Counted from the first letter of the stretch, positions 39,790 through 53,392 are shown. The stretch is DNA of 64,000 nucleotides from Gracilinanus agilis (GCF_016433145.1 NC_058134.1:69078421-69142420), one strand, 5' to 3'. Notes: generated by a model not told the origin, from the letters alone. Translations and numbers: made by a program.

Positions 39790-41080
39790 TCTCAGAGGTA
39801 AACTAACCCTTAACATTTTAAATTGTAAGTGTTTTTTCCCTTTCTAGCTATATGAAAAATACATGTCCATAGGAATTTTATGAAGAAGTAGAAAAATATC
39901 CTTTTATCAAGCGATACCATCCCTAGGTCTATAACCTCCCCCCCAAAACCATCAAAGAAAGAGAAAAAGGATCCAGATGTACAAAAATATTTTTAGAAGT
40001 TATTTTTCTAGTAGTAAAAAAAACCTGGAAACTAAGAAACTTCTCCTCTTTGGAGAAAGGATGAATAAATTTTGACATGTGACTATAATGGTGCTCATAT
40101 AGAGCTATGAGAAATGGCAAAAATAAATAGTTTTAGAGAAAACTTGAAAAACTGTATGAACTGAGACAAAATCAAAGGAGCAGAAGCAAGAAAATATTTT
40201 ATAATATGACAATATTATAAAGACATAATTTTGAAAGACTTACATATTGTGATCAATTCATTGACAAACTATGATTCTAAAAATAAAGATAAAACATGCT
40301 ATTAACCTCATGACACACAGTTAATAAATTCAAAATACTAAATGAAGCGTACATTTTTTTTGACATGATCAGTGCAGGAATTTACTTTATTTAACAATAC
40401 AGATTGGTTGAAAGGGTTTTCTTTTTCTTTTTCCTTGTTTTGTTCAACAGAGAAAGTGAGAATAAGAGAACATAAACACTTACTAATTGAAAAAATAATA
40501 AAAATTTAAAAGGAGACTGTAGAGTGATGATTAGATAAAAGAGTTAAGTCCTCTGATCCATGAACCACAAAAATGTCCAAAAGATTTTTAACTCTAGAAA
40601 AAACCTATAAGATAAATGAAAATATGATAATTTCCTAAAACTCATGTCTAAGACATGAGAAAAAGTCCTTAATTGTATTTTTGAAAAATAATTCAATAAT
40701 AGAAACAACTCTAAGCAAAAATACATGCTAAAATAGCACTGGAAACCCAAAAAATTTCTAGAGATTTTGGAAAAATATCACAAAGAAAATATAGGAAAAT
40801 CTGAATGCAATCAAAATATATCATCTGGATATGGAAGTTGTTTCTATTTCCTCCTAGACTTAAAATAAGTTTATTATTATAACTGGGTGTTACACAGGAA
40901 AAATAATTGGATTGATCATATCCTTCAATCCAGAGATGTTACTTTTTGGCATATGCTACAAGGCAGTCAAAGAAAGAAAGGTCTCAAGTATAACAAAATC
41001 TTCATAGCAACATATTTTATATAAATTCATTAAAGAGACAACATTTTTACAAAACTCTTTGATAGCACAGCTATAAATAA
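39790..41080 (+). mobile_element. Old L1 fragments (3' end followed by an ORF2 piece); further L1 pieces at ~7770-8130(-), 28880-29100(+), 42000-43100(-), 53680-54060(+), 54330-54715(+), 61440-61700(-), 62030-62420(-)
   Basis: Degenerate copies of the same L1 C-terminal and 3' UTR motifs seen at 17.2 and 45.6 kb. Boundaries approximate. Confidence 0.6.
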
Positions 41081-43699
41081 ATGAATCTATTCAAAGGAGA
41101 ATACATAGAGAGAGATGTTGGCAGTTCCATGAGTTGTGCATGAAATCCATTTGTTTTTTTTAACTGTAAATAATTCTGATAATTATTTGAGCTCTGTGAA
41201 CTCTATGCACACAAGAGGAGTAGGAAACATGCTGGTTAATGTCAATGATTAAAGCTACCAGTGGTGGGGTGGGGGAGTGGGATGATGCCTGGAAGCAATA
41301 AGACAAAAAAATTAGAAATCCTCCAAAAAAGTACCAAACTATTTGCACCCTTGCAAAAGCCTGTGTCACAAGGATTACAAATCTATGTATCCAAATGAAA
41401 CTAGGAAAAGGAAAAAGGAAATGTGAACAGAGTTAGAGTTAGGATTTGAATGTTAGCTTCTGTTACCTATTTTTGCATAACCTTAGGAAAATTCCTTGCA
41501 TTATATAAGATCCCATGTAGCCACAGAAATACTTTTCTCGACCTGTTTTCTCATCTCTAAAACAAGGCAATTGGGCTAGATTAGTGGTGCCAAACTCAGG
41601 CCACACATTGACTTAGAAAACCACAAATAAATATTAACAATATTGTATTGTGTTTTTATTTATTTTGTTAAAATTTCCCAATTACATTTTAATCTAGTTG
41701 GGACAAATAGAGGTTAGTCTAGAAATCTGACTCTTTTGGACTAGAATGATCTTTAAGGACCATTCAGATTCTAAATCTTATTATCTTCTGGTTGAAGTCC
41801 TGACTCACAAAGGTTTTGTGGGGATAAGAAAGTAGGCATGTAGGATGGTAATTATTGATACTTTCTTGATTGTTTTATTTTGGCAATAATTTCATAAGTA
41901 CTTTTTCCTTAATTTCCCATAAATTTTTAAAAAACATCCCTATGTTAGGAGGTGCAGCTTTCTGGAAGAGGGGGAAGAGACATAGGAAGTAATAAAAAGT
42001 CATTTTAAAACAGAATGTATGAATAAAAATATTTTTAAAAATCAATTCCTTCATACCTTCGAAATTGTGTTGTCTCCTATGTAGATTCTTTCATTGTGGG
42101 GCTTACTAAAGTCAAGCTATTCTTCCTGATTCCATCTCTTTAAGTATCATTTTTACTTTCACATGTACTCTTTCCAGTCTTATGGTTTTAAGAGCACAAA
42201 TGTGATAGTTCTATTGTCTTTGATGATGAGAATAAAACAAAATAAAAGCCCTGGACAATCATTCAGTTTTGCAACTATGTGTAATCCAATTTCATCTGTA
42301 AATACTCTTCGTGTGATCTGGACAAATAGTCTCATGCTAAACTTCCTTTAACTTGGATCTCTAATGCTTTTCTCTATTTTGTGGGTCCCTATAGCTCATA
42401 ATCTATTATCCCCTATACTGTTTTGCAAATGAGCTTGTACTCCAAATCTTTGCTGCCACATCTTTTTTTCTTGGTAGCAAGATCAAGAGCTTGCTAGCTG
42501 AGACAATTTCTAGGATCTTCTGACCTCTACTGCATTGCCTTTTTTACATCAATGGACCTCTCTTAGAAATAGTAATAAGAATCAATGTCTTTCCTGTTTT
42601 GGGAATGATCATCTACTTATTGGTTGGAGAAGACAATGTCTTCCCAACTTTTTTCTTTTTATGTACTTCTCATCTTGACTACTGTTCTAATTAGCTGATT
42701 GTAAACAGATAGTAGATTCTAAAATGGCTTGTAGATTTGTAAACAAAGATACAGTTGATTTTTTTGCGATATAATTCTATATTTGCAAAGTCTAATGCTT
42801 TCTGATTCTTCTTGAACAAAATATTCATATTATACAGTTATGTGGTTTCTGAGTAGTCTATAAACCTTTGTCTTCTTTAATTTCTTGAATGAAAACTACA
42901 TTTTTTATTATTTTTTCACCATCCTTCCCTAAGCTTATCTTTGCACTGAAGTCATGGATTATCAAGGCATATACTGATAATTTGGGAGATTTTGTCAATT
43001 CTTTAATTTCTCTATTTTATCCTCTGAAATGGTTGTTGATAGGTAATTATCTTCATGGCAATAGTTTTGTTTATATGTATAATGAGCACCGAAGGGCAAG
43101 ATGACTAAATATCCTAAACAATTATATTTCTTCTTACCTTTAGGCTCACAAAGAAACCAAATTCACTAAGTCCTTTATTTGATGTTTTTAATTAAATCTA
43201 TGAATATTACCTGGAATGGATAAACAACTTCTTTGTCTTCTAGTTTAATTTGAAGTAAGACATCCAATAATGATATGAATCAGCTCCTTCACTGGCAAAT
43301 AAATTCACTTATCACTGGCCAAAGATCTCACATTTAGATGATCGACAATGAAATTAAAACTTATAGATGTTCTAACAGAGATGAGATTTTTTTTAGTACA
43401 CTATGATTTTTGTCCCCTAATCTTCCCCCCAGTGACCCCTTCTTATTTCATGGACCATTATGGAATAGCCAAAATGCTAATGAAGAAATTCTGCACACCT
43501 AGGCAGGTTCTCAGAAACAGACTGTCATCAATCGTCTGTAACCAAGGTAATACTCGGAAAATATGGAAAGCAAATGTTATAGAAAGATGTCTTTGGACCC
43601 AGGATACAAATATATGTTCTGGGGAATATTGACAGTGACAGAAACCAGATGCTGAGAAATTTGGTGATGAAATTACCTTTCATTGTCTGTCTTTGTTAA

Positions 43700-44090
43700 C
43701 TATATACAAGGTGTCTCATAAATCTTAGAATATTTTTTAAATCCTCAAATTCTATCTTAGAATTAGTACCATGTATTTGTTCCATAGCAAAAGAGTGGTA
43801 AGGGCTAGGCAAGGGCTTGCACAGGGTCATATAGCTAGGAAATGTCTGAGTTCATATTTGAACCCAAGACCTCCCATCTCTAGACCTGGCTTTCAATCCA
43901 CTGAGCCATCTAGCTGCTCCCACAAAAATGTTAAGAGAATTTTAAAACTTTAATAATTTTAGAAGTGTAAATGCTATAAACTTGCCAAAAAAACTTGAAA
44001 ATGTAATTGCTTGTTTCTTTTATACTTATTTAGTTTTGTAAACTTTGAAAAATAAAATTTTAATCTTAAGCTTAACAAGATAGGGTACCT
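43700..44090. mobile_element. Possible Tc1/mariner MITE interrupted by a SINE
   Basis: tatacaaggtgtctcataaatcttag resembles the marsupial mariner MITE terminus TACAGGGTGTCCCAAAAGTCTTAG. The right terminus is degraded. Confidence 0.4.
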
Positions 44091-45309
44091 TGTCTTTATG
44101 TATTGCATTTGTGACAGTTTCTCAGACTATTCAGTAGAGAGACTGGTCTTGATTAACCATCTCAGTCATCTGATCAATGAGATTTCTTCTTGTGTATTCA
44201 TATCAAAACAATTGGGTCTACATCAAAACCTCATGCTTTGTATGATCTTAAGGCTAGGACTAAAAAGTCACTAAATAACAGTTGACAAAAGGGTCTTTGA
44301 AATTTCAAAAATTGTCCAGAGCAATGTATAGCAAAACAGTGCTTAAGACAAATTTTTAAAGAATCAACAACATTTTTAAATTTTAAATATTTAACCTTTC
44401 AATAATTGCTTTCTTTTTAAGTTAGTAGTAATTCTTTTTCTGAAGTTATTAAAGCTGAAAATGGCACTAAGATTTCTGGGACAGCTTGTACAATTTTATA
44501 ACTCAAGAATAGATTTAAATAGTATATGAAGGGAAACAGTTAGGTAGCTCAATGGATAAAAAGCCAGGTTTAGATCCTGGAGGTCCTGGGTTCAAATCTG
44601 ATCCTAGCTGTGTCACTTGGACAAGTCATTTAACCCTGATTGCCTAGTCCTTACTTTACCAATACACAGTATTGATTCTAAGACAGAAGGTAAAGGTTTA
44701 AAAAAGAATAGTGTGGAGTTCTAAGAAGTTAAACAGTTCTATAATGCTGAAGAAAATTATGTATAATTATCACATAACTATAAATTATTACATAAATAAT
44801 TTATAAATTATATAAATTTGGCATATAAAATACATATGGCATATAAAAATAAGGCATATAAATATAAATTTAAAAATGTATAAATAATCATATATAACTT
44901 CTTCCTATTAGAGGAAGAAGAAAATGCTAGCCAATTTTTATTTCTTTTATAGCTGATACATAGAAATTGAAAAGATGGCAACCGAATGTTGGAATCATTG
45001 AGTTTCATCCCACCTCCACACAACTGAGATGGGTTCTTGGCTAGGAGAGAGGAGAGAAAGACTCAACTCCAGCACCGTATTGATAGAGACAAACTCCACT
45101 TTTTTCAAGGTTAAGAGCTATTTCTACATAGGAATAAGTCATTTTATTGAAAACTGTACAAATTGAAATAATAAAAGCTATAATAAACCCATGTATTCTA
45201 AAGAAACATCTTAGAAACAGGACATTTCAGAAATTGGATTTACTTTACAACTGGTTTTCCCAATGACTTCATCATTACCATCAAAGAATGGATGGATTTT
45301 TCTTCTTAC

Positions 45310-45457
45310 CTTTAAGTACTTTACAAGTTTCTGAATTTGCCAGTATTCAGAGGGTAAATCTGTTTGTCCTTCCTGACCATGACCAGGCTGCTCTTCATCC
45401 TCCTCACTTTCTGAGGAACTTTCACTAATCAAGTCCTCTATCTTAACCGAACTTTTA
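45310..45457 (-). CDS. ODAD2: ODAD2/ARMC4 coding exon (~human exon 10): (R)[49 protein letters not shown]
   Basis: 148 nt, phase 2/0. Acceptor catttttag|T, donor AAG|gtaaga. Contains the ARMC4 signature [10 protein letters not shown]...[17 protein letters not shown] (ORF 45211..45432). Confidence 0.97.
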
Positions 45458-45604
45458 CTAAAAATGAAACAAAACAGATAAGCCTTGAGCTTTAAGATAC
45501 CAAAAACATAAGTGACAAAAGTAAAGTATTGGCAATTATGGGTATTGTTGCAGAATGCTAACCTTAAACTCCACTAGGTTCTAGGGTCATGGCTTTCTTA
45601 GATA

Positions 45605-46555
45605 TAAATTTTTAAACATTTATTAATATTCATTTTTTAGAAAAGTTAGCATGGTTACATGATTCATGCTCCTATGTTCCCCTTCACACCTCGCCCTCTC
45701 CCCACCCATGGCCGATGCTCATTTCCATTGGTTTTAACATTTGTCATTGATCAAGACCTATTTCCAAATTGTTGATAGTTGCACTGGTGTGGTAGTTTCA
45801 AGTCTACATCCCCAATCATGTCTGCCTCAACCCATGTGTTCAAGCAGCTGCTTTTCTTCTGTTACCATTCCTGCAGTTCTTCCTCTGAATGTGGGTAGCA
45901 TTCTTTACCATAAATCCCTCAGAATTGTCCTGTGTCATTGCATTGCTGCTAGTACAGAAGTCCATTACATTCAATTTTACCACAGTGTATTGGTCTCTGT
46001 GTACAATGTTCTTCTGGCTCTGCTCCTTTCGCTCTGCATTAATTCCTGGAGGTCTTTCCAGTTCACATGGAATTCCTCCAGTTTATTATTCCTTTGAGCG
46101 CAATAGTATTCCATCACCAGCATATACCACAATTTGTTAAGCCATTCCCCAATTGAAGGACATACCCTCCTTTTCCAGTTTTTTGCCACCACAAAAAGTG
46201 TGGTTATAAATATTTTCATACAAGTCTGTTTATCTATGATCTCTTTGGGGTACAAACCCAACAATGGTATGGCTGGATCAAAGGGCAGGAATTTTTTTAT
46301 AGCCCTTTGAGCATAGTTCCAAATTGCCATCCAGAATGGTTGGATCAATTCACAACTCCACCAGCAATGCATTAATGTCCCAGTTTTGCCACATCCCCTC
46401 CAACATTCATTACTCTCCCCTTCTTTAATTTTAGCCAATCTGCTAGGTCTGATTGTTTTGATTTGAATTTCTCTAATTATTAGAGATTAAGCACTTTCTC
46501 ATGTGCTTATTGATACTTTTGATTTCTTTATCTGAAAATTGCCTATTCATGTCAT
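45605..46555 (-). mobile_element. 5'-truncated L1, sense to ODAD2, ending ~150 nt before the exon-10 acceptor
   Basis: ORF 45977..46438 (ECWRGCGKTGTLMHCWW...GEWLNKLWYM) is the L1 ORF2 Cys-rich C-terminus. 3' UTR with AATAAA at 45624-45619. Confidence 0.92.
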
Positions 46556-47239
46556 ACAAATTTTGAAGAATGAGTAAACATGGCCTCAGATATTTCTTAA
46601 TTAAGTCCCATTGTCTAGCCCTACCACTCTTCTGCCTTAAAAACAATATACAGTATTGATTCAAAGATGGAAGGTAAGGGTTTGAAAAAAATAATAAATG
46701 AAGTCATATTTACAAGATACCTGTCTTTTAATAATACTTTCACTTATTTACTCAGAGCAATGTAAATGAAAAGAACTTTGGGAAATGGGTATGGAATTAA
46801 ACCAAGACCTCAGGGCAATAATTTCCCTAATAAAAATAAACACAAAAAAATCTTCAATGAACTAACCTAGAAAAACAGAAGATGCTAAGAAGCACAGTGA
46901 ATTGTATGTTCAGCAGTGCCTAGGACATCCATAATCATAAATTAAGAACAATGCCTAAAGATATATATATATATATATAATATGTATGGTTTGGACTATA
47001 TATATTATAGCTATTCCAAGTAAAGCTAAAAGAGTGATAGATCTGTTATGTCTTCACAGAGTACAGAAAAAAGGAGTGTACTAAAGAAGTAGGGAAGAAG
47101 AGGAGGAACTTACTAATTTTGTATAAATAATGTATGCAAGAAGAAGAATATACAAACTTGGAGGAAAGGATGGAGGATGAACAAGCATTTCATGACCATA
47201 TTCTTATCTGAATAAAATAAATTGAAGATTATGGGAGGA

Positions 47240-47360
47240 GAGAGACAGAGACAGAGACAGAACGACAAAGACAGAGACAGAGAGTGAGAGAAAAAGAGAG
47301 AGTGAGAATGAGAGACAGACAGATAGACAGACAGAGACAGAGACAGAGAGACAGAGAGAA
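47240..47360. repeat. GA/GACA-rich compound simple repeat
   Basis: Read directly. Confidence 0.9.
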
Positions 47361-47559
47361 AGTTTGGTTTAGAAACGCATTAAACTCAATGGGTTTTTTT
47401 TTTAAAGCACAGAGACAGGGAAGAGATAGTCACAAGCCAAAAAAAACAATAATTCAACTTTGGAAAAGTTAACCATAAAAATTACTTTAAAAGACAGAAA
47501 ACATAAGTACCAGAGATGGGATTTAGGGCAGGCTAAGAAAAGAAAGGAGGGCAAACTAT

Positions 47560-47971
47560 AAATAAGTTACTTCAATTACAGATTAATAGTGTCAAACAGA
47601 TTTCTTCTCTTTATCACTTTTTCTTTGTTAAGAAGGGGTCAGAAAGAAAAGAGAAAAAATATGAAGATATGAGAAACAGAATTACATGATTAACCATCTT
47701 AAGGGTGAATTTGAATGGAATGAACTCATCCATAAAACAGAAGGCTACAGATGGAATAGAATCAGCAATTGCTATTTATAGGAATACACTTGAAATATAC
47801 ATTCGTTCAGAATCACAATGAAATGTCTAGATCAGAACTTCTTGTACTTCAATTAAAGTTTAAAAGGCAGAGAGAAATCATGACCTCATACAGGGCCACA
47901 GTAAAAACTGTCCTAATAAAAATAATTAGGGAAGTTACATATAGGTAAAGGCCCATTAGAAAATGAAATTT

Positions 47972-48023
<52 letters not shown>

Positions 48024-48560
48024 TATGTACCAAAATGGTATAGGACCTAAATACTTGAAAGAAAATTTAATTACAAGGAAAAGTAGGCCAAAAAATTTTA
48101 ATAGTTGGGGAGTTAGTGTACAATGATTCATTTTTTAAATACCTGAATAGAATTTTAGAAAAGTTAGATTTATTAGATTTCTGGTAATTATCAAAAAAAT
48201 ACAAAAGAATATGCATAATTCTAAGCTATACATAGCACTATTTCAAAAACTGAACGTATACTAAATAGTCATGAAGAGTTCACAAAGAACAAATCATAGA
48301 AACAATATTTTCTTTAAAAAAATGGCTGCATTAGCTAATCTGACAAAAAAATGGGACAAAACAAAACTGCCAATACAAAAAATGAGATAAAACTTATATC
48401 AAATGAAGAATAAATGGACTATTAGAAATCATTTCCCCCAAATAATACCAGCAAAAAATGAATTAAATGAATGGCCACTTACAAAAAAATATCTAACCCT
48501 TAGATTATCAAAAGAAACAGTAAATTTAAATAACATTCTCAGAAAACGAAATTGAACAAA
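47560..48560 (+). mobile_element. Decayed L1 endonuclease-region fragment with an internal (TA)n/(TATG)n microsatellite (~47972-48026)
   Basis: aggaatacacttgaaa (QETHLK-like) plus YxPNG and IVGxLN-like remnants. Confidence 0.65.
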
Positions 48561-49214
48561 TCATAAATTAACTTAAATTTTAGTAACATAAAAGATTTAA
48601 AATTCATTTAGGGAATTAAGGCCACTACCCCAATATGTGACTTATACATACTCAAGTTTTTGTTAATATCCCATAACCCAATAGATTCAGATTTCAAAAA
48701 TAAAACACATAGGTCTTGATTAGTCTAAATAATTTTTCACATGAAGTGATTGCATATATTCAAAATCACACTATCTAAAGGTATAAGTATGTGAAATATG
48801 GTCATTGGTTCCACCCAATGGAAATACCCAGTATAAATTCAACTAATGCAAACATTTCGTAGGATTCATTATTCCCACTAACTGGGACCTCACTGTACTA
48901 TTTAAATGGTGATCTAAAGATTATATTTAATATAATTTAAGATAATATTTAAGATATACATCTTAAAGTTTTCAATACTGTGAGCTTCTTGAATTTTAGA
49001 TCTCTGCAATTTTCCCCAGCTAGTTATAGTAATAAACTAAAGAGGTATAAAGATTGCAGAAGAGTATTTTTAGGGTTACCACAAGGACAAATTTTGTCCC
49101 GGCCTTGTCTGAATTATAATCACTTCTTTAGTAGTAAATTGAAACTATTGTTTTATTTTCAAAAGATATTAACACAATACTAAAATGAAATTAAGAGAAA
49201 AGAAGTATACCAAC

Positions 49215-49328
49215 CGTCTTGGAGACTGAGCTTTTCCAGGTGAAGTTGAAGGAGATGATGATTTTATTTTATCTGAAGATGATGGGATTGACTTCTCATC
49301 CTGGGATTCTTTTGTTGCATCTTTTTTG
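49215..49328 (-). CDS. ODAD2: ODAD2/ARMC4 coding exon (~human exon 9), Ser-rich linker: (D)KKDATKESQDEKSIPSSSDKIKSSSPSTSPGKAQSPR(R)
   Basis: 114 nt, phase 2/2, open frame. Acceptor aattttag|C, donor ACG|gttggt. Joins both neighbours in frame (GA|C and CG|T). Loosely matches human ...KEIQEDK...HGRAQLLR. Confidence 0.85.
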
Positions 49329-52125
49329 CTAAAATTATTAATTTGATTATATTACTTCATGCAAATGGACATATGATAAATCTGCCTAGCAAATTATCTT
49401 CATCTTACCATCTTACCATTATAACCAAATATATCTGACTTTCTAGTATATAACTGCTAAGCATTTAATGATAACAAAACTAATCAAAGATTTAGTTAGT
49501 TAATATTGCCAGGACCTAGCACAGTGCCTTTGATATGGAAGATGCCTAATAACAATTTTTGATTAATATGTCTACTATTAGTGAAAATGGCTTTAAAATG
49601 GCAGATTCTAGCATTTTATAAGACAACCACATTTTAATGCTCTTTGTGTTATCAAGAGAGCTAGTAACAACAAAAACAATAATAATAATAAATCTGGTCA
49701 TCTAAAGCAATATACAGGAAATAAAGAATAAGAGAGGAAAGAAAAAGGTCTAGAACATTCCATTCAAGGCAATAAATATTTATTAAATGTCTACTATGTA
49801 AAAAGCAATATGCTTCACACCAGGGAAAGGTGTGAAAGGAAAGACAAAAAAGTGAAACAATCTCTGTCTAAAGGAGTGTTATGCTATACTGAGCAGATAA
49901 AATATGTAGATAAATAATCAAATATAAATCAATTTATTTTTTCTTTTTTTATTTAGCATATTTTTCCATGGTTATATGATTCATGATCCACTCCTCAGCT
50001 CTTTCCTCTCCCCTCCCAAAGTTGACAAGCAGTTCCACTGGGTTATACATGGCTTCCCCCCCCTTTTATTTTTATTTATTTTTTCCCCTTTTTTTATTTA
50101 GCATATTGTTTTATAAATCAATTTCAAGAGAACTGGAGGTAAGATCAAGAAAGAACTCAAGTAAATGGTAACAACTAAACCATACTTTGAAGGAAATTCA
50201 GGATTCCACAAGGGAGAAGAAAAGAGGTAATGCATTCCAAAGATGGGGGGACCACTTTTGTAGAAAATACTAGAAAGAACTATACGAATAGCATGATTGG
50301 AATGCTAGGTACCTAAAGTAGAAGTATGAAACAAGAGTGGAAAGGATAGATCAACTATCTACCTAGAGATGTTGGAGGTCTTTAAAGGCCAACTTAAATA
50401 ATTTTTTAATAGAGGTGAGATGGTCAGATCTATATATTAGAAATATTAATTTTGTAGGAGAAAAAAACCAGAAGGGTAGAGAGGTATTGATTGAAATTAA
50501 TCTCCTTTAAAGGAAAATACTGTCCTTTGTTCCCAAAGTTTCAAGGTGTGAAGGTACTTCTGGTTTTCTGTAACTGCTCTGGAAATCTCAATTGCTAACT
50601 AAAAGAAGTTGCATTCATTCACATTAAGCATAAAGATTGCATACTTGTTTCAGACATTGATGTGATCAATAGTTTTTCTTGCACTAAAAAAAAGGTATCA
50701 ATCCTTTCCAGGCTCCTCCCTCCAAGTCTCTTTATGAAAGCACTTTTTTAAAATGCTAAAACCTGTACACAGTGAACGTTTCATGAACAAAATGGCTATA
50801 TGTGCCCATGCTATCTTCAAGAATGTCATAAAAAAACTCATGATTTAGTTAGTATGGAATTAATCAACTATAATTCATAAGTACTTAAACTGCAAGGATA
50901 TTGCAATGTACCAGTTGTCTATAGGTGTCACTCATTCTACTCAGGAAATAAATGAAATCTTGAAATGTTGAATCATCGTTTAAATATCCTAGACTGAAGG
51001 AAATTGCTATTTAAAGGAAGCCAAGAGTGAAGACCTTTGTAAATTGAATATAAAGGAAATAAATTTGGCAAGAGGAGTTTATGATCAAGAGCTGAGAATA
51101 TGGTGAGTTTTTCAGACAGGAGAGTAGAAGTAGCAATAGTATTAGAAGTAACAGCAGTAGTCATAGTAATAGTAATAGTAGTCATAGTAATATGTCAATC
51201 TCAACTCAAACTTTTGCGGCAACAAAAGCTAAAGAAATGTTTATTCTATATGGGATAGGAATGTCTAACATAAGTTACCTCTCTTAAATCTACCAAAGAA
51301 TTTCCAGGAACAATCTAAAAAGCAGGTTTTGGGCTTGAAACCATCCTTGGATGCTCATCATGTACTTCTCAATGATTTCCCACCTTCAACTTTAACTCAT
51401 AGAATAGGCTTCAAGACCCTCTCCCCCTTTTCTACTTAATCATCTTCTTTATATAAATAAATATATCAATAATAAGTATATCAATAAATTCAGATACAGG
51501 CTAACCTATTTATGCCTAGTCCATGTTTTGTTTGCTCTCATCTCTTAAGTTTGCACACTTGTTATTCCTCTAAACCTGGAAAGCCTTTTCCCCATCCCTC
51601 TGACCACCTCTTCTTTAAAACTCTTCTAATGAATCACCTTCTCTATGAAGCTTTCCCAAATGAACTTCACCTGGACCCAATCCTACCAGCATTCTCTCCC
51701 ATCAGCACTTCCTAACAGAAGTTCCTTTGATTTACACTTGCTTTCTTTGTGTGTGTTGGATCCATTTTATATGTGTTGGATTTAGCCTCTCTCCCTCCCC
51801 ACGTACCCCAACTCAATGGGAACAGACTATCTTATGTTTCTCCCTCCTTTCTCCCTTCCAAAGTGCTTCCTACTGTGCTGAGTATATAACAAACAGGGTA
51901 TTTTGACAAATAACAGACTTTTCAGCTTAAATTACTCAGGGAAAAAAATAGATACCACTTTTTACTATGGGAAAGGTGGGAATGTTTGCCATGCATTTCA
52001 GAGGTAATAAATGAACCAATTAATGGGAATTAGGCAAGTGTGTGGTGATTTTAGGATGTAATCTTAAAGGAGTATATGTTGTCCCACCCAGCCAAAAAAG
52101 GAAAAAAAGCCAAGTGCCTACATAC

Positions 52126-52310
52126 TCTGACGTAGAAATGCTGCTTGTCCATTTTAAACTGGGTTCTAGTTTCCTAGCTGCGCGTTTTTTTTCCGATGGA
52201 GTCTTTTCTAAAGGCATAGACATTTTTGAAACATTTGGTGCTACTTCTATTTCAGGTTCATAGGTAACTTTCTTCTTTTCCTTTTTTTTGTCTTCAAGAA
52301 ATGAAATATC
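52126..52310 (-). CDS. ODAD2: ODAD2/ARMC4 coding exon (~human exon 8): DISFLEDKKKEKKKVTYEPEIEVAPNVSKMSMPLEKTPSEKKRAARKLEPSLKWTSSISTS
   Basis: 185 nt, phase 0/2. Acceptor tttaaaacag|GAT, donor AGA|gtatgt. Matches the human motifs GISFSED... and ...WEPSLNWK (ORF 52020..52337). Confidence 0.9.
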
Positions 52311-52762
52311 CTGTTTTAAAAAGTAACAAAAGTACATTTAGTTAAATCACATGAAATATGAAATTACATTAATTAATATTTCTGAATTTCTATAAAACTG
52401 AATTGTTTTTATGTGAAAGAAAAAAACACAAATTAAAGGGAAGTTCATCAGCTGAATAATAACTGAACAAGGGGGGATTGGGTAATAGCTGAAAGAGAAG
52501 ACTAGTACATCCAGTGTGAGAATTTGCTTAACCCTTTTTGGGGCTGTTTTCATCCTTTGGGGTCTAACTGCCACCCAGCTCTCACCTATGGCTCCTTGAA
52601 GCAAGCACAAAGGCCACATATCAGTAAACTACCTTGGTGAACGGGTTAAACCAGGTTGAGGGTCACCAACAGATCTCAAAACCTCAAAAACAGGTGAGTT
52701 TGGGGGTGTCTACACTGGGCATGTGAAGACTTACACCAGAGATGAGAACAATTTGTTCCCTT

Positions 52763-53392
52763 TGTAGCAACTGAAATTCTTGAGAGGCAATATTTCTTAA
52801 TTTTAAGTTAATTAATTGGCCTCTCAGGATAAACTAAACTAGCCAGTAGACCCCCTCCATAATCTGAAAGGACACCAAGGAGTACAAGCAGGGCAAAAGA
52901 GAGCTGGGGCCAGCAAGAGCAGCTGGGCAAGAGAGAACCCACCTGCCTAGAAGAGAGTGGCAAAAGCACAGGGAACCTCTGGTACAAGGCTTTTATACCC
53001 CTTGTGACCTCATCATCCAGTCACTCCCCTGAATCTCCCAAAACATCTCTGATTGGTAAACAGCCACAGAGAAGATGGACTTAGACCTCCCCAACCTCAT
53101 CACTTCATCACAAGAAGGGGCAGGTCTGAGGAGGATGCTAGCAACTCTCTTCCTCCCCATCGCGTGGCTTGGTCAAAATGACTGATGGCTGCTTAATTTA
53201 ATCTTTCAAGTGGTCAAGTGGCTGCTCAGTCCTTCCTCAAATCCTGTTATCCTCAACAGAGCCTCAACAAGAGGGACAACCTGACCCAGTTTCATAGCCT
53301 GTTTCAGTTTTTAAATCAAACTATTCTTTCAGGGCTAAAGGGGAAATTTAGTTCACAAAATGTATCCAAATTTAATATTAATTTTCTATTCA
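52763..53392 (-). mobile_element. ERV solo LTR inserted into an RTE-related element, sense to ODAD2
   Basis: TG...CA termini. Host element sequence resumes on both sides. Minus-strand CCAAT at 53056-53052 and TATAAAA at 52997-52991. No TSD found. Confidence 0.72.

Noticed and set aside
45977-46438. 153-aa Cys/His-rich ORF
   Set aside because: It is the L1 ORF2 C-terminus, not a host gene.
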